Source: a bacterium (GTDB lineage Bacteria > Zhuqueibacterota > Zhuqueibacteria > Oceanimicrobiales > Oceanimicrobiaceae). Taken from it: DNA of 24,591 bases. The position numbers and the translations under genes are program-made. The notes under the pieces were generated by a model that was not told where the DNA came from, made no database searches, and was given only the letters and a program-made list of their open reading frames with translations. Location of the stretch: NCBI GenBank assembly GCA_046757025.1, contig JBHHXN010000070.1:1-24591 (forward strand), read 5' to 3'. This document shows, piece by piece, positions 1 through 8,489 of this stretch (its first letter is position 1; each line of letters begins with the position of its first letter).

Positions 1-165
1 TAAAATATATTTCTCTTTTAATTCACTTGATTTGACCCAGGGGATGTCACCTAAATAATACTCATCTATTTCACGAGAAGGTGTCCCACCTGAGTAGGTT
101 GTAGAAAACGATTTTATCTTTTCAGTATCCCAGTCATCGGGGACAATATCAATCAGACTTTTCAT
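1..165 (-). CDS. hsdS: Type I restriction-modification specificity subunit S, N-terminal 55 codons (runs off window start)
   Basis: Manual translation from ATG 165: MKSLIDIVPDDWDTEKIKSFSTTYSGGTPSREIDEYYLGDIPWVKSSELKEKYIL. Shows the HsdS patterns PxDW, SGGTPS and GDIPWVK. Overlaps the hsdM 3' end by 17 nt. Not in the ORF track. Confidence 0.93.
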   Translation of the reverse strand, partial: MKSLIDIVPDDWDTEKIKSFSTTYSGGTPSREIDEYYLGDIPWVKSSELKEKYIL

Positions 166-2176
166 TATTTAGGCTCAAAATCTCTATTAACTTTTTAAAA
201 TGCTCTTCACGTTCATTTTCAACTTGTATTGAACTAACTAATTCATCTATCGCTTCCTGCAAATCAATCTCTTCTTCCGGTTCAAAAGTATCCACATAGC
301 GAGGAATGTTGAGATTGAATTCGTTTTCTTCCAGTTCTTCCATATCCACAATGGCAAAATAGCGTTTGCGCAGTTCCGGCTCGGCAAACATTTCCAGCAG
401 TTCTTTTTCCACGTCGTCAATGGCCTGGCGTTCTTTGTCGGCCGCGGCGTTGGCGTCGTCTATCTGGCTTTGTTTCTTTTCCTTCAATGTTGTTAGTTTG
501 TCTTTAGCCGCCTTCAGAGATTTTTGCTGTCCTTTGCCGTTTTTGCCGTTGCTTTCCAGTTCCGCAATGCGCTTTTGGTAAAACTCAATATCTTCGGCAA
601 ATTCATTTTCAATCTCATCCAGTTTAAAATCCAGGTTTTCCTGAATGATACGGAACAGGCGGGTTTTCTGGCTGGCAATAAATTGTTTTGCCACGTCAAT
701 ATCCCCCCAGGCTTCCAGCATGGTGGAAACACGTAAAATGTCGTGGGGCATCAGTCGGTTTAAATTGCTCTCTTCCTTATACCAGCCTTCTTTAGCCGCG
801 TAAACCATGAGCACTTTGCCTTTGTGTTCTGCCGGTTTGTTTTTATTGAAAAACAGAATCGCGCCGGGAATGGTGGTGCCGTAAAACAGGTTGGGCGGCA
901 GCACGATAACTGCATCGATTATCTCGCCAATGTTTTCAATTTGCCCGCTGCGTTCCATCAAACCCAGTAATCCACGGCGGATCAAAAATTCATCGTCGGC
1001 TTTTCGGTTCTGCCCGTCTTCTTCTTCGGTCTTTTCGGGCTGCCCGCGGAACAAAACGCCCTGCGGACAAACCACGCCGGCTCTGCCGGTTTCATTTATG
1101 GAAGCGACAATATGCTGGATAAAAGCGAAGTCGCCGTTGGAAAAAGGCGGGACACCATATTTAAAACGATTATAAGGATCGCTGAACTCATCCTTGGAAG
1201 GATACTGCAACTGCGGCGAGCCGTCTTTTTTAAGAACTGGTTTGCCCTTTTTGTCCCGTTTTGGTTCGCCGTTCTTCCACCAGTTTTCGGCGGAAAAAGG
1301 GAAATTAGCCATCACCAGGTCGAATTTCTGCACTTCATGGTTTTCATCCAGAAATTGCGGGCGCAGCAGGGTATCTTCTTTTATAATAGTAGCATCCAAT
1401 CCGTGCAGAATCATATTGATGTTTGCAATCGCCCAGGTGTTCCAAACGTCTTCCTGTCCAAGCAGACGCACCTTTTTCTTTTCGTAATAGTGTTCCTGCA
1501 CATATTTGGCCGAGTTAATGAGAAAGCCGCCCGAACCGCAGGTGGGGTCGTAAATTTGATCGCCTTCTTTGGGTTTTAGATAACGCACGATAATATCCAC
1601 CACTTCCTGCGGGGTATAAAATTGTCCGGCAGTTGTGCCGCCTTTGTTTTCATCGGCAAAGCGCTTGATCAGGTATTCGTAAGCGTCGCCCAGCACATCC
1701 ACCGACGCGTTGCGGTTGCTCAAATCCACCACATCCAGATAATTGATAAGTTGGGTTAACACTTGTGGGCTTAATTTTTTACCGCCTGAACCGTCGGGCG
1801 ACGGCTCATTCCAACGAACTGTGTTGATTACGCCTTTCAATGGTGGGTTTGTGTCTGCAATAGCATTAACTGCTTTGTCTAAGGTTTCATTCTTTTTTTC
1901 TTGTGAGACATCACGCACATTTTTCCAAAAGCACTTTTCTGGGATTTTAAAGTCATGGGCTTCGTCTGTGATTCTTTTTAATTGTCTTGGATTGGGTTTA
2001 ACGCCATATTCAGCACGAAAATCAGAAACCTTATTTGCAGTTTCCCAGGAATAATTATCAGAAAGTCGTTTAAAGAAAAGTAGTGTTAAAATGTAAGATT
2101 TGTAATCTTCCACTTTATCACGAAGAATGTCTGCCATTCCCCAGAGAGTATTTCCCAGCGCTTGTTTAGTGATCAT
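149..2176 (-). CDS. hsdM: Type I restriction-modification N6-adenine methyltransferase subunit M (675 aa)
   Basis: N-terminal LWGMADILR, GDAYEYLI, GQFYTP, motif I YDPTCGSGGFL, motif IV ANFPFS, C-terminal FNLNIPRYVD. Directly upstream of hsdS. Confidence 0.96.
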   Translation of the reverse strand: MITKQALGNTLWGMADILRDKVEDYKSYILTLLFFKRLSDNYSWETANKVSDFRAEYGVKPNPRQLKRITDEAHDFKIPEKCFWKNVRDVSQEKKNETLDKAVNAIADTNPPLKGVINTVRWNEPSPDGSGGKKLSPQVLTQLINYLDVVDLSNRNASVDVLGDAYEYLIKRFADENKGGTTAGQFYTPQEVVDIIVRYLKPKEGDQIYDPTCGSGGFLINSAKYVQEHYYEKKKVRLLGQEDVWNTWAIANINMILHGLDATIIKEDTLLRPQFLDENHEVQKFDLVMANFPFSAENWWKNGEPKRDKKGKPVLKKDGSPQLQYPSKDEFSDPYNRFKYGVPPFSNGDFAFIQHIVASINETGRAGVVCPQGVLFRGQPEKTEEEDGQNRKADDEFLIRRGLLGLMERSGQIENIGEIIDAVIVLPPNLFYGTTIPGAILFFNKNKPAEHKGKVLMVYAAKEGWYKEESNLNRLMPHDILRVSTMLEAWGDIDVAKQFIASQKTRLFRIIQENLDFKLDEIENEFAEDIEFYQKRIAELESNGKNGKGQQKSLKAAKDKLTTLKEKKQSQIDDANAAADKERQAIDDVEKELLEMFAEPELRKRYFAIVDMEELEENEFNLNIPRYVDTFEPEEEIDLQEAIDELVSSIQVENEREEHFKKLIEILSLNNEKSD

Positions 2177-2361
2177 GTAATATTGTTCCAGCCTTTATTA
2201 ATGACTAAACCATTATCATCCCAAAACTTTTATGTAGAAATTCATGTCATATTAATTATCGCTCTAACGTATATTTTTAAATTGTCCACAGCAATCAATT
2301 CTTCAAGTGCCATTCAAGGCAGCCGCGAAAAACAATTGAAAAATCAGCTAAAAACCTGAAC

Positions 2362-4632
2362 TCACCGCACCGCCTTCACACACCGAAAACCGATAAATTT
2401 CTTCCGCTGACCGGGCTCTGCTGCAAAGCGCGCGTCGCAGCGGTAGTTGATTTGTTCCGAAAAAGCCGCGACGCCGCGCACCACCCGGCGTTCGCCACCG
2501 TCCGGCCCTTTGGGGTTGCGCTGCGGACTTTGCTGGTAGTAATTGAAGCCAAACCAGTCCGCGCACCATTCCCAGACATTGTCCGCCATGTCAAATAATC
2601 CGTATCCGTTGGCCGAATAGGCGCCAACCTTGCGGATGGGATTTTGCACGCGCTTGCTGAATCGCTGCTCAAACTCCGGCCGCGAATCTGGCGGCTGGTC
2701 GCCCCAGGGATACTTTTTGCCTTCCAATCCCCCGCGGGCGGCGTACTCCCATTCCGCTTCGGTGGGCAAGCGCTTGCCGGCCCATCGGGCATAAGCCGCG
2801 GCGTCCTCCCAGCTCACAAACACCACTGGAAATTGCGGATTTTTAAGCTGCTGGCCCCACTGCCTGGGAATGACGTGATTTTCGGCCTCTAAAAATTTCT
2901 CATACTGCGCCACCGTCACTTCGTGCTTATCCATGTAAAAAGCGTTCAACGTGACCTTGTGCTGCGGCTCCTCATTGGAGCCCGCCCGGCCCATCAGAAA
3001 AACGCCGCCGGGAATAAACGCCATTTCCGTGCAGTATTGAATTTGTTTTAACAGGTAAGGATCATTGGGCTGCAATTTCAACGCTTCGGCATATTTGCTT
3101 TTAGCTGCTGCGGGATTGCCGCGCTGAAACAGTCTATCGCCTTCTCCTTTTAAATTCGCCAAACGAGTACTCTTTTTAGCTTCTGCAGCGCGGGCCTTCA
3201 AATCGCTGATTTTATCTTCACACAGTTTGATGCGGCCGCCGACGTACGAGTCTGCGGGTTTTTCAATCAGCGCCAATTGATAAGCCGCCTTCGCTTCCAC
3301 AAATTTATTCAAGGCATACAGACTGTCGCCTGCGGATTTGTTGGTTTCATAGAGGTTTGGCGCAACCGGTTCGACCGACGATTCCGCAGCAGGATTCATA
3401 TTTGCTTGAACATTTTCAGTTGGCGTTTCAGCGAATTCTTCGGTTGGCGGCGGCGAAATCCGTTGCTTAATGTTTGGCCAGAAATAAACACCCGTTGCAA
3501 GAATCAACACCACAGGCGCTAAAAGCCAGATGCGCCCTCTGCCGGTTTTCTGTTTAACAGACGCTTTTTTCGGCGCCGGCCCGGGTTTCTTCACCGGCTT
3601 GGCTTTGGCAATGGGAACGGTTTTCTTTAAGTCCACCGTACCCATTTCATCTGCCGAGATCATGGCTTTCACCTGCAACAACTGCTTTTTGAACGTCTCC
3701 ACATCCTGCGGCCGCTCCTCGGCGTTTTTCACCAGCGCTGGCTGCAGAACGGAGTACAGCGCCGTGGACAAATGTTTGGACTCCTGATTGAATTCCAAAA
3801 AACTCTCCTCCCCCAGCTCTTCGGTGGCTTCCGGCAGCACCACGCCGGTGACCATGTAATAAAGCGTGGCGGCGCAGGCGTAAATGTCGGTCCAGGGACC
3901 CTGCAGACCGCGGCGGGTGTACTGTTCATAGGGCGCAAAACCGGGCGTCAGGATCACCGACAGGCTGCGGGTGAAACCGCCCATAGCCACACGCGCCGCG
4001 CCAAAGTCCAGTAAAATCGCCCGGCCGTCTGTGGTCATGTAGATATTCTGCGGCTTGATGTCGCGGTGCAGCAGATTTTTGTCGTGCACCTGTTTCAGTC
4101 CATCGAGTACCTGCATGATGATATCGATGGCGTCGCTTTCGTTGATTTTGCCGCCTCGTTGTTTCAGGTATTCATATAAATTGGTGCCGTCCAAGTAATC
4201 CATCACCAGGTAGGCAGTGTCGTTTTCTTCAAAAAAGTGGCGCACACGCACTAAATTGGGATGGTCGAACTTGGCGAGATTGCGGGCTTCCTGCAGAAAT
4301 TGCTGCAGTCCGTAAGTAAACGTTTGGCTGTCTTCTTCCGAGTGCGGCGTGACCGTGGAACCGTCTTTGTCCCGTCCCACAAACTCCCGCGGCAAATATT
4401 CCTTGATGGCGATGTTAGTGTCGAGTTTGATGTCCAGACCGTAGTAGGTGATGCCAAATCCGCCGGGTTTTCCCAGAATGCGGCCTACCAGGTATTGATC
4501 GTGCAGCAGGGTGCGGTATCCTAACGCGATGGCGCTTTGGGACTTCGTTTCATCAAATCCACACTCAGGGCAGGCCGAGACGCCGCCTTTTTCAGCAAAA
4601 CATCCCGGACAGCGTGTGTCAAAATTTTCCAT
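2362..4632 (-). CDS. Membrane-anchored Hanks-type Ser/Thr protein kinase with N-terminal Zn ribbon, TPR-like repeats and C-terminal FGE-sulfatase (SUMF1-like) domain
   Basis: CPGC..CPECG; kinase motifs GGFGITY, AIKE, HRDIKPQN, DFG; TM IWLLAPVVLILATGVYFW; two TPR-like helix pairs; FGE motifs EVTVAQY, RLPTEAEWEYAARGG, NVWEW, IGFRC. ATG 4632 preferred over TTG 4650 because AAAGGA/GGAGG lies upstream. Confidence 0.93.
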   Translation of the reverse strand: MENFDTRCPGCFAEKGGVSACPECGFDETKSQSAIALGYRTLLHDQYLVGRILGKPGGFGITYYGLDIKLDTNIAIKEYLPREFVGRDKDGSTVTPHSEEDSQTFTYGLQQFLQEARNLAKFDHPNLVRVRHFFEENDTAYLVMDYLDGTNLYEYLKQRGGKINESDAIDIIMQVLDGLKQVHDKNLLHRDIKPQNIYMTTDGRAILLDFGAARVAMGGFTRSLSVILTPGFAPYEQYTRRGLQGPWTDIYACAATLYYMVTGVVLPEATEELGEESFLEFNQESKHLSTALYSVLQPALVKNAEERPQDVETFKKQLLQVKAMISADEMGTVDLKKTVPIAKAKPVKKPGPAPKKASVKQKTGRGRIWLLAPVVLILATGVYFWPNIKQRISPPPTEEFAETPTENVQANMNPAAESSVEPVAPNLYETNKSAGDSLYALNKFVEAKAAYQLALIEKPADSYVGGRIKLCEDKISDLKARAAEAKKSTRLANLKGEGDRLFQRGNPAAAKSKYAEALKLQPNDPYLLKQIQYCTEMAFIPGGVFLMGRAGSNEEPQHKVTLNAFYMDKHEVTVAQYEKFLEAENHVIPRQWGQQLKNPQFPVVFVSWEDAAAYARWAGKRLPTEAEWEYAARGGLEGKKYPWGDQPPDSRPEFEQRFSKRVQNPIRKVGAYSANGYGLFDMADNVWEWCADWFGFNYYQQSPQRNPKGPDGGERRVVRGVAAFSEQINYRCDARFAAEPGQRKKFIGFRCVKAVR

Positions 4633-4794
4633 TCCTCCAGATCCTTTCAAACCAATTTGATGCTTAGAATGTTGACTGGTGAGATACGAACGACAAGAAG
4701 CTTAGACGCTCTCTTTTATCGTAATAATTTTTTCATTCAAAATCCAGCAAAATTTTCACCTGAACCTGTGTGAAAAGTCAACTGCCGGGCTTAC

Positions 4795-4836
4795 GTCATT
4801 CCAACAAATTGTTAGCAGAGAGAACGCTGGAATGAC
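4795..4836. repeat. REP-like inverted repeat GTCATTCCA...TGGAATGAC
   Basis: Perfect 9-bp arms at 4795-4803 and 4828-4836, extendable to 11 bp with one mismatch. Confidence 0.55.
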
Positions 4837-5029
4837 TTAAAGAATTGATTTTTCGGTCAATCACTCAATACGATTCCAAGAATATATTTTCAATTATTTG
4901 GTGGTTTAGCTGACAAACCATTTGGTAATTGCTAATTCTTAAAATAAAATTCAAACTTGTCAAGGCATTTCATTCTCTATTTACCCGCAATGACATTCCA
5001 TGACGTACGCATAAAACTGAAAATCTTAA

Positions 5030-5453
5030 CTCAAGTTTCGCAGTTGTGTGAACAATTGTTTTTAAGGTATTTTTCTCAACTTGAATTCACATATTTATTT
5101 ATATTAACTTTAGTTACAAGAATTCCAAAATATTATTATGTCGCCATTTATTTAAAAAGTCATTTCTAAATCGTCTTTTTGATTTAATATAAAAAGGCGC
5201 TTTGCTGCAGAAAGCAGCATTATCAAACAACAACTTTGATTTTAACGCAGAGAGAGCAGAGAGTTTCGCACAAAGAGATATTTTTCTCTGCGTCCTCGGC
5301 GTTAAAGAGAAATGTTAGAATATGTAAACAACTTCTCAAATACTCTGGTCTTTGAATATTAATGTAAAATTAATAATATTAATTACTTCAATACTAATTC
5401 ATCAGCTTGACCTTATTTGATTTTGTTTAAATTATCTAAGTGCGAAACTTGAG
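5030..5453. mobile_element. MITE / internally deleted IS element, ~424 bp
   Basis: Perfect inverted repeat ACTCAAGTTTCGCA (5029-5042) / TGCGAAACTTGAGT (5441-5454). With ends at 5030 and 5453 it is flanked by direct TAA repeats (5027-5029, 5454-5456). 5381-5454 recurs inverted at 24518-24591. No transposase ORF inside. Confidence 0.8.
5241..5306. repeat. Imperfect 22-bp inverted repeat (AACGCAGAG-type hairpin) nested in the MITE
   Basis: TTTAACGCAGAGAGAGCAGAGA (5241-5262) versus the reverse complement of 5285-5306, TTTAACGCCGAGGACGCAGAGA: 18/22 identical. Confidence 0.7.
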
Positions 5454-5583
5454 TAACTAATCATTATAAATTTATTTGCGTATATTTTGCCCCGCCGCGT
5501 CGGGATCTTTGAGTGAAGAATAATTATCCCGTGATTGGTTACCTGTTTTTGAAACTAAATCATTATGTCGCGGAAATTGTCTG

Positions 5584-5612
5584 TTGACTTTTTCCATCGA
5601 TTTCAATATAAT
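5584..5612 (+). promoter_or_regulatory. Sigma70-type promoter of the MNT-HEPN operon
   Basis: TTGACT (5584-5589), 17-nt spacer, TATAAT (5607-5612); 34 nt upstream of ATG 5647. Confidence 0.8.
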
Positions 5613-5646
5613 GAACATGATATCAAGCTAAAATAACCTGAGCTGA

Positions 5647-6057
5647 ATGAAAATCAATATTAACAAATTAGAAAAATATTTTTCGGAACGACAAGACATT
5701 GCCTTTGCCTTTTTATTTGGTTCGCAGGTGAATGGACGAACTCACAAATTATCAGATGTTGATATTGCCGTATATTTTTACCCCAGAGAAACGCGGTGGT
5801 TAGAATTTGAGGAAGAGATATTTTATGCTGCAGAAGATGAAATCTGGGCAGATTTAGAAAGCATTGTAAAACAAGAAGTGGAGCTGCTTGTTTTAAACCG
5901 AGCTCCTGCTAGTGTGGCAGCCAGTGCAATTAGAGGCATCCCACTCGCCATAAACGATAGGTTGCTCTATCTCAGGTTTATGGAGCTCATTACCCACGTG
6001 GCGGAAGACTTTCGAGAGTTTATCTTAAACGATTATTTTAAAAGAAATGTCCCTTAA
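5647..6057 (+). CDS. mntA: Minimal nucleotidyltransferase (MntA-type antitoxin), 136 aa
   Basis: FLFGSQVNG...SDVDIAVY (GS-x10-DxD motif); overlaps the start of the downstream HEPN gene. Confidence 0.92.
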   Translation: MKININKLEKYFSERQDIAFAFLFGSQVNGRTHKLSDVDIAVYFYPRETRWLEFEEEIFYAAEDEIWADLESIVKQEVELLVLNRAPASVAASAIRGIPLAINDRLLYLRFMELITHVAEDFREFILNDYFKRNVP

Positions 6058-6493
6058 ACAACAGGACAAAATTTGACTGATCAAACATCTAAAATTTCTG
6101 ACCGATGAAGTTAGCGATTATTCGATGTTTGAATCACTTACCTGGGAAGAGTACAGAACGAACAGAAGCAAAAGAAGAGATGTTGAACGCTGGATTGAAA
6201 ATATTGTCCTTTCGTCCATTGATATTGCAAAAGTTATTTTATCATCAGAAGGAATAAGTATTCCGGATACATACAGAGAAATTATCGCCTCTCTTGCTCT
6301 CGTTACAGATTTTCCAAAAGAAGATATGAAGAACATTTCTAAATGGGTCAGATTGAGAAATGTCATCATCCATGAATACTTGGATTTGAAATGGACCTCA
6401 ATTACGAAATTCATCTCTGAAACAAAACCGCTATACCAGAATTTCTTAAAGCGAACAAAAAATTATCTTGATAGAAATTTACAGGACGATTAA
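6047..6493 (+). pseudogene. hepT: HEPN/DUF86 (HepT-type) RNase toxin with an in-frame TGA at codon 10; the open frame 6125-6493 is the remaining part
   Basis: ATG 6047 overlaps the mntA 3' end by 11 nt and is in frame with 6125. Reads MSLKQQDKI*LIKHLKFLTDEVSDYSMFESLTWEEY, with TGA at 6074-6076. Intact Rx4H motif RNVIIH followed by EY. Confidence 0.82.
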
Positions 6494-8350
6494 TGCAAAC
6501 AAGGTCTTTCCATAGAATCTTAAAGTTCGCTTATAAACCCGAAAATTTCCCGACCGCACCAGCGCGTCCTGATCCCACTCATTCGGCGGCCAGGCACGGA
6601 TAAATATCAGCGGATTACGTTCGTTGAAATCCACCAGCAAAAACAGGTAGCCTTCGTCGGCATAAGTGGTGGAGGCGTAACTCTGCCGCATTTCCACCCC
6701 GTACACATTTTGCGTATTGTTTTTTTTGTTGATCTCCAATGTGCCGAAATCGAGAAAGATGTCCTGTTGAATATCAAATATTCGTTTCTGACGACGCAGA
6801 TATTCCTGATTGCTGAGCTTGATGTATTCGTAATCCGGCTGCTCGCCAAACTTGCGGTATTGCACTGAATTTTCCGGCAGCTTCTTGCGCATGATCTTGC
6901 GGCCGACTAAAATCAGTGCCTCTTCGGCAAAAATCAAATCCACGGTTTCGAGGTCGCGGTTAAATAGGCGGTGCGGTATTTTTCCACAAACTTGATGATC
7001 TCCTGGCGGTGGTCCCAGTCCTGACCAAAGTCAGCCTGTTTCACAAAATGCTGATACATCTGGGCTGTGATGCTCAGGTTGAGGTCAATCAGCTCGCCTT
7101 TGTCCGAAAAATCCAGCACCAAGTATTCAGTGGATTGTTTGTGGATGCTGGGATAATCGTGCAGGACTCGCAGCTTGCGCAGCTCATAGCCAGTGCGGGT
7201 TTTGCGAATCGCGGCGGTCACGTTATCATCGAGCGGTTTCGGATGATTGTACTGAAGATAGTTTAACACTTTCAATTGCAGAAACGGATCGTGTGCATAG
7301 AGCCGGCTGGCCTCGGCCCTGTTGTGGCTGGCAAGAATATCCAGAAACCGCTTTGTGGCTCGGGTGATTTCTGCCGCCACAGGTATGTCACCCTTAAGTT
7401 TCAAACTCAGATTCCATTTTGGCCCTGTAGTCAGTCCGGGCTTAACAACCGGAGCTGGAGAAGCCTGCAACTGGATGGTTTTGGCTGCCTGAAAAACCGG
7501 CTTTTTCACCAAAGGCCACAAATCTGTAACAATGCTGTATTCGCTGCGGCATTCGTAGTAGGCGTACTTGATATTGAGTTTGAGCGATTCAAATTTCGTA
7601 CTGGCGCCTAACAGACGAAACGTGGCCAGTCCGTCGCGGCCCTGCACCGCCACCTGGTTGGCGCCGTCCCAGAAAGTAAAATCCAGCAGTGAAACCGGCA
7701 GAGTGGTATGGGTAAGCCGCAAGGTGATTTCAGGTGATTTCACGCTCGTTGGCAGAGAGGCGTTTATCCTGCATCAGCGTAAAGTTAGTGTGCAGCAGGA
7801 TGTTGTTGATGCGGGCCGGCAGCTCGGTGGTGTAAATGACGCCCCCGAAAACCACGGTTTGATCCGGCAGGGAATTTTACAGCACCGCGGCAAAATAGTT
7901 GCGTTTCAGGGCAAACGCCAGGTTGCCCACCTGTTCGTATTCTCTGGCTTTTTCCGCCATTTCCGCGATCAGGCGTTTGCGCTCGGAGAAAATTTTATCG
8001 ACTTCGGACTTTTTCAGATAGCAAAATACCGCCATTTTACCCGAAGCGGTGGGGCGTTTGATGCTCTGTACGTTTTTGAGCGTGGCGGCGCTGTGGGTGC
8101 GCAAAATCGATTTCACGTCTTCGTTGAGTCCCTCGGAGGTTTCCCGCACCTTGCGCTCAAACGAGCTGGCCACCCGCACCGCGATTTGGCTGGTCAACTC
8201 GGCCAGCGCCCGGTCGCGCGCTTCGCTGACATCCTGCGAAACCCCGCTGCCGTAGTAATATTGCCCGGAGCGGATGATGGCGTTTTTACCGATCTGCTGA
8301 CTGAAAACAGATGAGGTTAAAAGCAAAAGTCCTAAAATTGACCGTTTCAT
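6479..8350 (-). pseudogene. Exported protein with LPP20-like N-terminal domain and a conserved C-terminal domain; broken into three ORFs (7877-8350, 6934-7743, 6479-6943)
   Basis: Signal peptide MKRSILGLLLLTSSVFSQ with GGAG RBS; YYYGSG..EARDRALAELTSQI motif; in-frame TAA 7877-7879; 10-bp tandem duplication 7722-7741; apparent 1-nt deletion near 6958. Repairing these gives one continuous frame of about 605 codons. Confidence 0.82.
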
Positions 8351-8489
8351 GTTTCGCTCCATTTTAAATTTGGTGTTCACGCTTTAGCGTGTGTTTTTGC
8401 CCCGCACAACCATGACTCTGAACATTTGAACCTGTTGACAAGACAAATCAACTCTAAATCGCTCAAATTAGAAATCGAAAAACAGCTCA

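Noticed and set aside
2362..2480. FGE-fold C-terminus as a diversity-generating retroelement variable region
   Set aside because: No template repeat or reverse transcriptase in the window; it cannot be excluded elsewhere in the genome.
4957..5169. 70-aa plus-strand ORF
   Set aside because: Crosses the MITE boundary in AT-rich DNA and has no recognisable motif.
6074..6076. TGA as a selenocysteine codon or sign of an alternative genetic code
   Set aside because: No evident SECIS hairpin or redox motif, and many intact genes here end in TGA.
7568..8314. 248-aa plus-strand ORF
   Set aside because: Antisense shadow of the LPP20-like pseudogene, with no motifs.
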